The notes: generated from the sequence alone by a model not told the origin. A DNA stretch of 64,000 nt from Amphiscolops sp. MND2022 (GCA_964187785.1 OZ076416.1:55800001-55864000); one strand, 5' to 3'; positions 38,401 to 52,765 are shown, counted from the first letter of the stretch. Translations and numbers: made by a program.

Positions 38401-41400
38401 CCGTTGAAACGTTTGGATTGAGCTACACCTCCTCGGAAATAGACGTCTGACAGACGAAATTCTTGCAACCACGTTCTTCCTCGTAGAACAAAGTTTGAAA
38501 GCGCGACTGTTAGTACCTGCTAGTGCAGATGCGACGGATTTGGACGCCTTAACTCCGACTCATTTCCTATTTGGAACCTTGGAACTTAAGGTTCAATACT
38601 GCCTTCGCATCAGCAAGCAGACGTCGACCATCGCAAGCGTTACAAAAAGTGAGTCATTTTCTTATATTTTGTGTGATCAAGTTTTGACTTATCGGTAAAT
38701 AAAACTTGACTCTATTCGTTTTGTTCTTTTTTGGTCTTCAATATTCAACAATATTCCATAATTGTTGCGAGTTAAATAAAGATCTTCCTATAATTCTTTT
38801 GAATACGACCCTTAGTTATCGGGAACTAAAGAATTTACAGCTCATTATTTGAAGGTTGTACTTTCATTAAAACATAGACTTGACTACAATTTTTTTGTCC
38901 AAAAAATCTTACTTTTTTCTCTGAAAGATCTTTTCTCATACGTGGAGAAATCAATGTCTTCACCTCTTTGGTTCTCGAGTTGCTAAAAAATCAATTGGAA
39001 ATCTGCAAAACACGAACAAGCTTCCTACCATATTCACTTTGAGAACTTTTCATTGGACACGCGAAGTTGTTGCTGACATTTTTTGTAGGTGGCTCGAAAA
39101 AGTAATCAGTCGACTCTCCTTGCGTTATCGTGGGACACTACTGTCTAATCTACTTAAGGAAGTTTTCACCTCTAAACAATCTAAAGCGAAAAGAATATGG
39201 GACCAAACGATCCATTCGTAACCTGGAAAGTCTGATTAGAAAAAAAGAAGCTGTTTCAACTAGAGGTCTGCAATGTCTGAACAGTTATAGAGTCTCCCAA
39301 GATTGACATTAATCAATGCAAAGGAGAACCGGCAAATACACCGAATCTGTATTACATGAGATCTGTCGAAAAGTGTTATATTTTCTGAAATCAGTTTAAC
39401 GTCTGGACCTCCCGTTTCTGAGGCGCTTTGGAAGTCCCCTTGCCAAAAATTGTGCAAATAACCTGTTGGGCCTTTTTCGACTGGTTGCTCTCCTTCGCTT
39501 TGCCCCGGCAGTTATGGAATTAGCCTCTTCCACCCCCCCCCCCCACGCTCAATTGGCTGAAGTGTAAAAGCGTTGGTTTTTCAAAGTTGAAGCAAACATT
39601 GTTCTTATAGCTCCACTTTAGAAGTGAAAGCAAATAGCTTTGGAGATCAATTACGAGGAATTAGTCCCTAATTAGATAGGAAAATGAGCTTTGAGTCATC
39701 ATCGAAAAGAGAAAGGTAACACGTGAAACACTTTGGGAGGTCGTTATTGAATTCAATAAAGAACAAAGGACGGAGCAATGATCTTTGCCTGTTGGATGCT
39801 TTGAGACTGTAAGGACTGAAGCCAGAATCGGTGGACAAAATTGAGCATTTTCAAGGAATGACTAAAAACCTAAAATGGTTGCCAAAGCTGGATGCGTTCC
39901 AGTGCATAGGATTTCAAAATCATCCTAAATAGTGGAAATCATGTAGAAAGTACCCATCTCTTAGTGTTGATTAGGTAAGTAAAGCATCGATATTGTTGGT
40001 AGTGAGAATTTTCCTAGTTTCTGAAAATGATTCATGATTCATCACTGATGACCGGAAAGTGAACCCCATCGTCATCTAGTAGATTGAAATCATCCACAGG
40101 AAGCACATTTTGAGCTGACTTTTTCCCACAAAGAGGATAAGCAGCTAAATATAGAGTCGTCTTAAACACGATATCCACTAGTATTCGTGAGGTTATACAA
40201 TACAAACAAGACGGGAACGTCTCAAGTCGGCGCTATGTCTCAGGCTCAAAAAGCGCAATTTTCGTGAAGAAGTCCTGTTTTCTAACCTCCGCCTCCTCCT
40301 TAATAAAACGCAATATAGTTCCGATATAACGTCAAAAGTTCGGATAGCGCTTTACTCCGGATATTACAAGAGGGCCTTCAATAAAATCGAAGGGGGACCA
40401 TTGGGATATACAAAAACCGGCAAAAAAGTCACAGTGCCAAAAAAAGGAAGGGGGATCGTCCGGTTTTGTGTTACGTTTGAAAAGTAAAAAATGAAAAGGG
40501 CCCTTTGCAAACTGAACAAAAACTATCTCGCACTTGAAGAAAATTAAAAAAGAAAAAAACGAGTGACTGTATTAATCGGGCTCTCTTATTCTAAAAGCGT
40601 CGCCTAAAAACTGTAGCTTTCAAGTGAAGTTATGCAGCCAAGTGTACTTTCGGGTCCTTCTACTTCAGTAACATCTTTTTTTTTCAGGAATGTTTTTATA
40701 AAATGAAAACGCTACTGCTCATGCTGGTTACTTGAACGTTCAGCCCAGCTCTGACTATGAATGAAAATGTCGCTGTAAGAAGCGTATTGTCAAGAACAGT
40801 TTCATCTCATCAAGTTTCCGTTTTTGCACAGAGTTTTTTCTCGTTAGAAGGATACAGGAAAAGTAAAGTCTTTTCATCAAAGAAAAAAACTACACAGTTC
40901 AATATACCGGATTTGTTAGAGACTTTCATAGTGCTCAACTTTTCACAACTACATGACTATCATCTTGTCAGATCTTCAGTCTATTAATTTCAAGACCGCT
41001 GCGATCTTTGTCATTTCTGAATAGTTGGCAGCGCTTTGCTTTCAAGCAATTCCTTCTCTAAAATACTAATTGAGGACAACTCGGTGGAATTCCTATTGTT
41101 TTCACTGATGAATAACTTTTCCAACAGCTTTTGTGGTGACTTTTCGGGCGTACCAGACAGATCCGATTCAAACCTTCGTTAACTTCATGTTTCCAGAAGT
41201 TGTGGATCAATCAAAACCTTCGAGTCCAGTTGAGCTAGTTAGGATATTGTGACTTCGGAACGATAGGTTTGGTCTTCAAGTGCAAACGTCACCGGGGCAA
41301 GGGAACCTTGATTTTTCCATACATTGCTGTCGAGTTGTCGGGAATAATGTCTAAAGTCAAGCTCTTTTGCTATATTAAAATGATAAAATGTTAGACGTTA

Positions 41401-44400
41401 TTCCTGCAGACGTTTTTCCCCGGAATACTTTCAGACAATATTCCTTGGACGTTATTCGCCCAACTAGTTGATTTCTTTTGGCATCTTGCTTGGTGGGTTT
41501 TGTTACAAGACGTTCCCAACTTTTTTTTCGAGTGTAACTTCTTCAGTGACGTTTCCAATAACGATTCGTTCATGTTGTCATTGACTGATGTTTTGTAACG
41601 ACCGGCTAGCGACGCACATCTAGGAAGAGGGACAACGCCTAGGGTGCTTAAACAGGAGACCATTGTCTTACTACATCCCTAGGCACTAGTTTTTGTTCCC
41701 AAAATGGGACTTTTCTCTCGTCTAAGGAGGCTTCTCTAGTTAGAGCTCCGAAGCGACGTGCCGGCACTCTCAAAGTCCGGACACGCCCCATAAGCCTGTA
41801 AAAACGTATCCTAGTTTCTTAACATACATTCCTGCCACCTCCTATATACCTCCGAGGTCCAAAAAGGTGTCTAACTGAAATACATTGTATTTGGAAATTG
41901 GATATTAAAATGAGGACCTAGTAGGTCAAACATCATCCAAATACTCAGTAAACGGTAACAAAACATAACATTACAGTTCAGGGTCAATTACCAGATTCTG
42001 GCCTCTGGCATCATTCCTCATCTTCGGGGCACAATGGTCTCATTTGGCACTTTTTGGCCGAAACCCTGTCTTTTTGCTGTCAGATGGCACAATTCCGGGT
42101 TTTCTCGCCTTCTGTGTGATGACATCTCGGACATTCACGTTCGTGGGTGGGGGTGGGGGTGGGGTCTGCATGTACGTTTTTTTTGGTTCTTCTACGGTTT
42201 TCGTACCTGCCCGGTCGGCCATCTTGAATGTGCCTCTTTGATACCGCACATTTCGAATTTTTGATCGAAATTTCAAAAACTTCTGCAACGTCTTTCACCT
42301 GACGTTACATTTTGATAATACGAGAATCACAAAACCACAAATGTAGGAGAAGCGTTCAATCACGTAGATGAATTATGAATACTTCTTCGGTGCTTTGATA
42401 CACTGTGAATGAAACAAAAGTTTTTCCCATCTCAGATAACATAGATTGTCGTCATTAGTCAAGTGCAGTGTATGTCATCGTGTAAGGGGACATGACACAC
42501 ACCTGTTGTCTGCAAACAAATAGAAACGAATAAAACTATGAAGCACTACTAAAACCAATGGCAGCCACTATCCCAGCAGACCAAAAGAACCCAAATAACA
42601 AGTACAAAATCATAACCCACGGTGATAGTCGGTTTGCAGAGAAGAAAGCCAGTCCCTAGAATTATTACTATACGTAACATACTTCCTCAACCGCACCTCT
42701 GTCGCTCAGTGTGCCTAGAACTCATGCCGCATTAACAAGCTGGAGAGACATTAAGATACGTTGACAGAGCTATTCACAGAGGTGCGTTATGAATATTTTA
42801 CTACTTTCACCTAAAGAATCGTGTACTTCCAGTGCCACCGTTGTCAAACCTGATTATCCATCGGTAGCGGCGGTTCCAGGGTTACCCAAGGAGCCTTGAA
42901 TCAAGTCACTGGACGCAAGGGCATCGACAATCGTGACCCCGCATGCCAACTGATTAGCCGTTTCCCAAGAAATTATGTCAAACCCTCTTGGTAAAACGCT
43001 CAAAGTAACTCTGCCAGTTCGGTACCTCCCACCTGGTTCCAGCATCAAACTGGGAGAAATCTGAAACTGGAAGTTGGCAGAAATCTGAGTGAGTTACGAT
43101 TGGCTTGACGCGAGAAGCGACCCTCCCTTTTGTTGCAAAAAAAGTGTAAAACCTCTCTCTCTACCTTTTTACTACAGTGGCATGATTGCGCTACTCAGAT
43201 GTTTGTTGCAAATCCTTTACTAATATGGAAAGTCTCAGTTGCTGATCATCAAGCATCATGCACCATGTTTTTCACAGACAGCGATTTTAATCATTGCGAC
43301 CCAAATTTACCTTGATGAGCGTTGAAAATTTTCACTTGTTTTCCGTTCTTTTTTGACTCGAAGTTCTGAGAATTACACTGGAAGACGGGTTTGGTCCAAT
43401 TTTTCATGGTTCCATTGATTGGAAACTCCTGTTCGTTTGTAACAACAAACCATTTCTCAACCGCTTTTTTGAAGGTTTCTATGAAAGTGGATGGAAAGTC
43501 ATTCGCACCAAAGTTGAAGCCAAAAAAGTAGAAGCTGCTAACAATGATGCCGATGAAATCCGAAGACTACCAAATTCACTCCACAAAGTCAACCGAACAC
43601 TCGGATTATCGTAAAACGTTACGATGTACACTTTGGAAACGCCGTCTCTTAGAGTTTCTTCATAATCCTGCAAAAGTTTTCAGCATTGAAGTACGTGCAG
43701 ATTCGCAGAAAGTACAGAAGCTTTGGTACCTTGAAACATTTTTCATCACGTAAAATGCGGAATGCGCATCTTATTTTTCAACACTTTTTGTCATTCCGTC
43801 ACTTTTTTCAGGTCATCAATTTTTGTTTCCAGTAAGTCTGCCAGTGGATTTTCCTCTAGTGGTCGTCCGAGGAGAAACTGTTCTTTTCTCGTCGAAGACT
43901 AGATCCCCGTGCTAACTTCTTGGAATGCAGATAATGTTTATCGTAGTTTTTTGGAAACATCAACAAAGAAAAAATACGAAAGCTCAAGTTTTTTCCGCTT
44001 TGCTTTTTTATTAGATCTTTTTATTCGAGTTTGTAATTGTCAATTAAGTTTCCCTCCTCGCGGTTTCGTATGTTTTTTCCGCCTCCATATTGTCCGTTGA
44101 CGCTGGAATGACGTCAGAAAAAAAAACTGGAGATCAAAATTCAACCTTCTGAGTTACTTCACCAGATTTGATAACAGAGTCACCAAATGAAAGGAATCTA
44201 AAATATGATGTTTTTTCTTTGTGTCGGGAACCTTCAACTAAATTACGAAAAATCTGTGATCCCAAATCGTCAACCTTCTTAGAACCAATGCCCTTTTGAC
44301 GACTTTGGTACCGCGCCTGTCGAGACTCTACAACTACCACTAAAAGTATAATTTGGTTATAGTCAATACAGGAGAAATACTTGATGATTTTCACATGTAC

Positions 44401-44559
44401 AGATTTGTAAATCACGGCTAACCTTAGGAACGTTTTACAGCCACTGTCTTCATATTTACGTTTATAGTGGTTCCAGTTTCTTTTTAGATCAAATTCAAGT
44501 ACGGTTTGTGGTTTGGCAGTTTAAAATTGTTTTCATGTTACACAAAATAGCTCAGTTCA

Positions 44560-44900
44560 ATGATTCGATTGAGAAACAAATCCCGAATACACTTCACACG
44601 TGTGTTTTATGACATGTATTTTTGGAGAAACTTCTGGGATTTCAACGTATGTTATGTTGGTGTGAACAGGCGTAATCCCTTATGGGGTAGTCATAAAGGC
44701 CCATTGTTAGCTTGTTAAACAACAGCAGGTCTTGCCATTGGAGATTCAAAGAGATCGGTACATGGTGATATTTATCAAGTACTAGACGAAAAAGGCTCGT
44801 GTTGTCAATACCTTTGAAACAGATCCGTTGTAGCCTTGGTATCTTTTTCATGTCTGTTTTGTTCGGATATCAGACACCTGAAGCATATTCAAGTGCCGGT
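44560..44900 (-). pseudogene. Possible 3' remnant of a LINE reverse transcriptase ORF
   Basis: PISLNLQWQDLLLFNKL..G.YD resembles the C-terminal region of CR1/L2-like ORF2; very degraded. Confidence 0.3.
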
Positions 44901-45649
44901 AAAATGTAAAAGCGGTACATTTTATATTTCGCACTCAAAATAAGAATCAAAATAATATGCAGCACACTTCGCAGACGGCCCATGGACAGTGATGCCAATA
45001 GCCATTTGCTCGACGTTTCCCTGGGGTTTTTTCAGCGCAATGAAATTAGCAAAGGAGAAGTGAGGAGGAAGGTCGTCATATACTTACTTCTGGTTTGACT
45101 TTAACACGTCGAAGCTTTTAGAAATTTCAATCCCGTTTGCCTATCCAACTTGGCAGTAAAGTGTTTCAAATTTTGAGGCGAAATACCATCTAAAAAAGCA
45201 CTAAACCCATTGAGGAAGGACGTCGGAGCCTTTTTGCACAAGAACTTCAGACGTTTGAAAACATTCTATTTTGGTGGGATCCAAAACAGTACAAATGTCT
45301 CCCTGCCGATGTTCCAACATCAATGCCGCGTGTTGGTTAACATTGATTTCAGCAATTTTGTCCTGGACTACAGCCATTCTACTTCCGCCTCGAGCGTTAT
45401 GTTTGTCTGATTTGGTGCAAATTGTGCGCAGTCGTCGATCTGCTTACTTTTTTGCTGCTTACGGTTGCGAATTTTTCTCACATATCGCTTATGGATCCTC
45501 GCTGACTCGACTCCATCCCGGATACGTCTGTTGATAATCGCGTGGAGCGATTTTTTCTGGCTTTTGCTTCTTTGCGTTGGATTCTTGCAAAAAAGTTAGG
45601 AGAAGACAGCAGCAAGCACCAAATGGCAGTTTTAAACGGATTTTGACAG

Positions 45650-46460
45650 AGCTAAATGGTCACTTGGCGTAAAGTCATTGGGCATAAAGCCATTTGACTA
45701 AATGCAATTGGTCACTTGGCTAAATTTGTCTGAGCTGAAAATCTTGGGTAATTAGGTCACTTGGCTTAATACCATTTGGCTGAAGAAAACTAAGTTGAAA
45801 ACGTGCGGCAGATTTTACCGAAATTTTCATTATAACGTAATCAGTATGTAGTCCTAGTTCCCTAAATGCAGGAGCGGAATGAAGCAGAGTGACGTGCCAT
45901 TTGGCTACGCCGTAACGTTGCAACTTGGCGAAGGGGGCGAAGCGACAGAGCGATGCAACAAATCAGCTAAACACTTCGTAATGTTTTTTTAGTTTCTTAA
46001 ACATTTCGTTGAAAAGTCAATTCAATTTTAGTCTTTAAATAATTTTTTTGAGCCATTGCTTGAATTAGAAAAGATTTGTTCATTTGACTTGAGTTAGAAA
46101 GTTGATTGGTGGTCGTTCGGCTTAAATATATCAAGTCGAATGACTCGAAGAAAATCTGAACAAAATGACTTCAATCCAAGTGACTTGTGCGCTAATTGAT
46201 CACTTGGCCTAAGTCTCTCGGCTCAAAGTCATTTGACTCTATGCATTTTATCACTTGGCTTAATTTCTTTTAACCAAATGTGTTGGGTAATGGTCACTTG
46301 GCCTAAAAACACTAAGTTGAAAACGCGTGACAGATTATTTCGGAATTGTTATCATAACGTAGTTATCTATACTCACATACCCCTAGTGCCCTAAATGCAG
46401 GAGTGAAGCGAAGCGGAGCGACGTGCTGTAAGGTCATGCCTCAATTTTGCTGCTTGTCGA
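45650..46460 (+). mobile_element. Two copies of a modular non-autonomous repeat (ggtcacttggc subrepeat array plus a conserved ~130-bp module)
   Basis: Module ataacgta...cctag.gccctaaatgcaggag..gaagc.gag.gacgtg at about 45832 and 46352; inverted copy at 56525-56667. Confidence 0.65.
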
Positions 46461-46967
46461 AGCATTTTAACAATAATGCTGAAAGTTTCGTAACACTTTG
46501 CGTTTCCTTAGAAAACGTTAAAAACTCGATTCAATTTTGTTCTTCAGAAGGATGTTCTTTGAAACCACATACATGATTGGTTTTACAACTGATCGTTTGT
46601 GAAATCGGTCCGCTATATTTTTGTATATCAGGTTTTGAAGGTGTCCCGAAGGACGAACAATTATCCTTGTTTTTGTTATGTGCGCCTCAGCTTCTGTTGA
46701 ACGGCTTTTTAGCTACTTTTCGGAAAACAAAACAACTGGTTGAATAAACGTCTATATCTTGATGTTAAAATTCAATTCAAGGAAATTGGATTTTTTCATT
46801 TTTTCTCAATTGTTTCGTTCTTTTTTGAACAAAAACTGCAATCTACCGCATAATTCAGCGCGTGTTTTGAAGAAGTTTTCCGCATAAAAGGTTACATACT
46901 TTAGATATTTTTGCCGCATATACATATTTCTGTGTCAAAAAATGATGGCTAAACCTGGCTTCACTTT

Positions 46968-49491
46968 CTTGCAGAATAATTTATGCAGCCGGAGTGATCT
47001 TAGTAAAATAACAATATAGCAACATCTACAACAACTGAAGCTGATATCGCTTTTCCTAATGAAACCAAGACACAAATTAGCGCAAATCTATTTGACAATT
47101 TCACAACAATCAGCTGTATGGGTGGAAGTTCTGAGGGTGTCGCAGTATTGTTGGCAAATTACAACCCTCACTCAAGACTTGATCAACTCGAGGATACCTT
47201 TGTTGATAATGTTGTTTTGACTGTTAGGCTGGGCAGAAGTAAGTTAGTTGTAAATACTTCAAATGTTAGAGCCGATGACTTGGAGGGCTTGAGATAAACA
47301 ATGAATGTATACAGAGTTGCAAATTGTATGTTGACAAAAATACCCTGAAAGGAGCTCTTTTCTTTGGTGTCTCATTGCAACGCATACCTATTGGGAGGAC
47401 AAACATTGTAACTTACTAGAAGAGGACCTAGTTAAAATAAGCGACCACTCCAGCATTCTCAATGACAGTGAGCCTACGTTTTTGACAGAAAATGGCTCTA
47501 ATGTTATCGATCTTTGCGTCTGTTATGGGCGTCTCTTCGATAGATGTGAAAACTTTTTGTCTACTGATGAATTTGCAGACAAGTTCACCGGTGCTCCACT
47601 GGGGGGTCATGTTCCTGTTTTTTGAGATTGGAACTTAGCAGCAACAGTAAAGAAATCACGAAGTTATGGATTGCAAATAGTGGTTGTGCAGGTTGGAATT
47701 CTTTCATTGAGCGCCAAATAGATGATTTCATGGTTGTTGAGGACGAGCCTGTTTTTCTTTGGAACGAGTTCAGGAATCTGCTTCTTGAAGCTTCCTTTGG
47801 TCACATGCCCCTCAAATGTGTTTCAAAACATCACAAACCGTTTTTGAATTCAAATTTGACAGACGCAAGCAAAGAGCTTCGATTTTTACGTAAAAAGTTT
47901 AAGTAAAAAACAAATTTTGAAAACGGACAAAAGATTAAGGCAGCGAAGGAACCTTTCAAAATTCTACTCTACAAACGTGTAACTGAATGTATGGAAACTA
48001 TATCTCATCGCTTGCGCAAACAAGAGGAAAAGAGTTTTGGACTTCTTACAAAACAATACTCAACACTAAACATGAAGAAGTTGGAATAATACGCAGTAAA
48101 AAAGGGAGGCTCTTATATACTCCAGAGGAAATTTGCAAAAAAATTGAAACCACGTTCTCCGGAGGATAACATCTGAAAAAAAACAAAATTTCAACGATGC
48201 AACACAACTGCAAATAGAAGCCAAACTAAACCAACTACATGATGATCCTGAACATGATATTGAAGTATTTCAAGACGAAAGCACTATCAAAGAATTGAAG
48301 AAATTGCCATTTTGAATTCAAGCAACACTACTTTTGTTGATTTTGATGGTATCCATATGAAAATGATAAAGCATTTGTGCACTAAAGCACTCTTTTTTCT
48401 GCGGACTATTTTCAGTGCTTGCTGAGAATATCATGTGTGGACATGGACGGAGCTACGAGTCGTCTTAAAACGCAAACCAAACAAAGCGGGATATGATAAC
48501 TGCTCTTCATATCAACCAATCTCAATCTCCATTCATATCGGCAAATCGCTGGACAGAATACTTGCAACTGGAATCAAATCACATATCGATGTGAATGGAC
48601 GACTGCTTGGGGAAAAAAGGAGGGTTTCGGATCGAAAAGAAACACCACTCGAGCGCTTTACAGACTACACTTCATGCTCGAAAAAGCCAAACGTTCACGT
48701 TTGCCGATGGCTCTGCTAAACATTGACCTCGAAAACGCTTTCGATGGCGTGTTGGTGGACGGCCTTCTCATTAAACTGTTGAAACACAATATTTCCTGGA
48801 AAATGTATCTGATAATTAAATCGTTTCCAAAAAGCAGAGTCGCTTCAATCGAATTGAATGGATACATTACTCCAAAGTTCCAGATTGACATTGGCGTTCA
48901 ACAGGGAAGTGTGTTGTCGCCGTTGCTCTTCATCATATTTCTAAACGACATTCCTCAGTAATCACGCACTGAAATTCAAGTTTGCAGTCGATAGTTCTGT
49001 CATTGTCACTCGCAAAGGTCCGTCAGAGTTATCTGCCTTCCTTCGAATTACTTTTTTCGACGTCAAGAAGAGGTGTGCAGATTGGACAATGTTGGCGAAC
49101 GGAAGAAAAACTGAAATAATCTGTTTTAACTGCAAAGGAAATGACTTCGATTTCCTGTCTTTCAATGGAGATATATGTCAAATTTAAAAAAAAAACACTC
49201 GCGGAGTAATTTTCGATAGCAAACTCAACTACCGGGATCATTCCACTAAAATAATCGAGAAAGCAAATTGAAATTGGAATATAATAAAGTCGTTATGCAG
49301 TAGAAAACGAAACCTTGCAGTTTCAACGCTAGTCATGTTGTACAAAACCACCATCTTTTCCTCATTTTTCATGAAGCACCAGAATTGCTTGAAAAAAACA
49401 TCAAATACGTCACAGCAGAACAGGATAGTTTATCAAGGACAGTCTTTACACAGCAGCGGCTGGCCTTTTAATTTGAAGGAATTTTATATCT
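46968..49491 (+). pseudogene. Degenerate non-LTR retrotransposon (LINE) ORF2: APE endonuclease and RT
   Basis: Endonuclease ADIAF..NETK, GVAVLL, SNVIDLC, GHVPV; RT YQPIS, NIDLENAFDGV, QGSVLSPLLF.IFLND, KFA.D; many stops and frameshifts. Confidence 0.9.
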
Positions 49492-51561
49492 CCTAGTTAA
49501 AATAAGCGACCACTCCAGCATTCTCAATGACAGTGCGCCTACGTTTTTGACAGAAAATGGCTCTAATGTTATCGATCTTTGCGTCTGTTATGGGCGTCTC
49601 TTCGATAGATGTGAAAACTTTTTGTCTACTGATGAATTTGCAGACAAGTTCACCGGTGCTCCACTGGGGGGTCATGTTCCTGTTTTTTTGAGATTGGAAC
49701 TTAGCAGCAACAGTAAAGAAATCACGAAGTTATGGATTGCAAAAGGTGGTTGTGCAGGTTGGAATTCTTTCATTGAGCGCCAAATAGATGATTTCATGGT
49801 TGTTGAGGACGAGCCTGTTTTTCTTTGGAACGAGTTCAGGAATTTGCTTCTTGAAGCTTCCTTTGGTCACATGCCCCTCAAATGTGTTTCAAAACATCGC
49901 AAACCGTTTTTGAATTCAAATTTGACAGACGCAAGCAAAGAGCTTCGATTTTTACGTTAAAAGTTTAAGTAAAAAACAAATTTTGAAAACGGACAAAAGA
50001 TTAAGGCAGCGAAGGAACCTTTTAAAATTCTACTCTACAAACGTGTAACTGAATGTATGGAAACTATATCTCATCGCTTGCGCAAACAAGAGGAAAAGAG
50101 TTTTGAACTTCTTACAAAACAATACTCAACACTAAACATGAAGAAGTTGGACTAATACGCAGTAAGAAAGGGAGGCTCTTATATACTCCAGAGGAAATTT
50201 GCAAAAAAATTGAAACCACGTTCTTCGGAGGATAACATCTGGAAAAAAAAAACAAAATTTCAACGATGCAACACAAATGCAAATAGAAGCCAAGCTAAAC
50301 CAACTACATGATGATCCTGAACATGATATTGAAGTATTTCAAGACGAAAGCACTATCAAAGAATTGGAGAAATTGCCATTTTGAATTCAAGCAACACTAC
50401 ATTTTTTGATTTTGATGGTATCCATATGAAAATGATAAAGCATTTGTGCACTAAAGCACTCTTTTTTCTGCGGAATATTTTCAGTGCTTGCTGAGAATAT
50501 CATGTCTGGACATGGACGGAGCTACGAGTCGTCTTAAAACGCAAACCAAACAAAGCGGGATATGATAACTGCTCTTCATATCAACCAATCTCAATCTCCA
50601 TTCATATCGGCAAATCGCTGGACAGAATACTTGCAACTGGAATCAAATCACATATCGATGTGAATGGACGACTGCTTGGGGAAAAAGGAGGGTTTCGGAT
50701 CGAAAAGAAACACCACTCGAGCGCTTTACAGACTACACTTCATGCTCGAAAAAGCCAAACGTTCACGTTTGCCGATGGCTCTGCTAAACATTGACCTCGA
50801 AAACGCTTTTGATGGCGTGTTGGTGGACGGCCTTCTCATTAAACTGTTGAAACACATTATTTCCTGGAAAATGTATTTGATAATTAAATCGTTTCCAAAA
50901 AGCAGAGTCGCTTCAATCGAATTGAATGGATACATTACTCCAAAGTTCCAGATTGACATTGGCGTTCCACAGGGAAGTGTGTTGTCGCCGTTGCTCTTCA
51001 TCATCTTTCTAAACGACATTCCTCAGTAATCACACACTGAAATTCAAGTTTGCAGTCGATAGTTCTGACATTGTCACTCGCAAAGGTCCGTCAGAGTTAT
51101 CTGCCTTCCTTCGAATTACTTGTTTCGACATCAAGAAGAGGTTTGCAGATTGGACAATGTTGGCGAACGGAGGAAAAACTGAAATAATCTGTTTTAACTG
51201 CAAAGGAAATGACTTCGATTTCCTGTCTCTCAATGGAGATATATGTCAAGTTTAAAAAAAACACTCGCGGAGTAATTTTCGATAGCAAACTCAACTACCG
51301 GGATCATTCCACTAAAACAATCGAAAAAGCAAATTGAAATTGGAATATAATAAAGTCGTTATGCAGTAGAAAACGAAACCTTGCAGTTTCAACGCTAGTC
51401 ATGTTGTACAAAACAACCATCTTTTCCTCATTTTTCATGAAGCACCAGAATTGCTTGAAAAAAACCTCAAATACGTCACAGCAGAACAGGATAGTTTGTC
51501 AAGGACAGTCTTTACACAGCAGCGGCTGGCCTTTTAATTTAGTGGAATTTTATATCTCCTA
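47427..51561. repeat. Tandem duplication of about 2.07 kb of the LINE (47427-49491 and 49492-51557)
   Basis: ORF offset 2065 (47428/49493). CCTA is present at 47427, 49492 and 51558, i.e. a 4-bp junction microhomology. Confidence 0.95.
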
Positions 51562-52140
51562 ACCCCCTCATTTTGGTGGCTTGTGGGAGGCTGGAATAAA
51601 GACCGCGAAACATCATTTAAGGCGCACAATGGGAAATCACGTCCTAACTTTTGCAGAACTGACCTCTTTGTTTTGTCAGCTTGAGAGTATTTTGAATTCG
51701 CGACCGATCGGTGTTATATCCGAAGATCCAAAAGATGGTGAAATTTTAACGACTGCGCATTTAATATTCGGAACGACACTCGAAACGATCCCGACAATGG
51801 AAACCCCAAAGAAAAACAATATTGCCAATTGCACTTCGACAGCTAGATGGGCGCACATTTAAAACATGCTCTTACATTTCTGGAAGCGTTGGCACAAAGA
51901 ATACGTGACGTCTCTACAGGAAAGGAAACGTGGTGCAAGGAAGTTACCAATTGGAAAGTTGGTGAAGTTGTCTTCATCACTGACGACAAGGTGGCGCCTT
52001 TACAGTGGCCGTTGGGACACATCTTGTACGTATATAATGGTCCTGACAATTTTGTGTGAGTTGTCAAAGTTCCAACGCAATATGCAATCTACAACAGAGC
52101 TGTACACAAACTCAAGAAACTGCCTTTACCTTCTGACTAA
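51562..52140 (+). pseudogene. BEL/Pao integrase C-terminus and DUF5641-like region, degenerate
   Basis: PHFGGLWEAGIK.AK.HL, ESILNSRP, HFWKRWHKEYV..LQER, KVGEVV, QWPLG.I...G.D, RAVHKL..LP. Confidence 0.9.
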
Positions 52141-52701
52141 AAATGTCTCCCATATATTGATCTATTGTGTTGTGCACGTACTCATTTTGAGTCGAATGAA
52201 TCAAGGCGTGCGGTATATGTTACCAACAGATTTCTTGGAAACGAAATTTTTGAATTTCAACTTTCATTCGTATTTTCGAAAACTATGTTCAAAGATAAAA
52301 TAGCCAATCTTTCGCTAAAAGTGTCTAAATACTCAGTTTATTGCTGTTTTCTGATACATTCTAGCATTTCCTTGTATTTAAAGAGTTGTTTGCCATCTGA
52401 TATGTTGCTGATGATTGCCCTTATTGCAAATTTAAGGAAAACTCTTTATGATTAGTCAATTTATTGCAGTACGTCATATGTGGCCAATTTGGCCGCGTCT
52501 ACAGTTTCTTGATCTTTATGAAAGTTAACCTTGTCGAAAAGGTAACCCAATGCCTCTACTTTGGAAACCCTTGAGAAATTAATTCTTTCTTTTATAAAGA
52601 TGTGTGTCTTCTCCCCCAACATGATGATACACATGGCACTTGATTGATGACGAAGATCCATGATATCTGATAGAGGGGAAAAAATTATAAGATTTCCTTC
52701 C

Positions 52702-52765
52702 TTTAATCTGGAAAGCCAGAGCAATGGACAGTTTGCGGCATTTGGCAGCGAGTTTTTCTCACTTC
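52702..52765. repeat. About 65-bp dispersed repeat (partner 54317-54380)
   Basis: tttaatctggaaagccagagcaatggacagtttgc identical at both sites, then diverging. Confidence 0.7.

Larger units (their letters stand above)
32265..40135. repeat. Tandem duplication: 4682-bp unit 32265-36946 and a copy 36947-40135 lacking about 1.5 kb
   Basis: ORF offsets are 4682 (32538/37220) before and 3180 (35859/39039) after the deletion. AGAG is shared at the junctions. Confidence 0.95.

Noticed and set aside
40365-40510. MITE with AGGGCC-type terminal inverted repeats
   Set aside because: The inverted match is short and imperfect and no TSD is evident.
45210-45534. Host gene exon (LRR/F-box-like wording in overlapping ORFs)
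   Set aside because: No clear motif, no consistent splice sites, and two competing frames.
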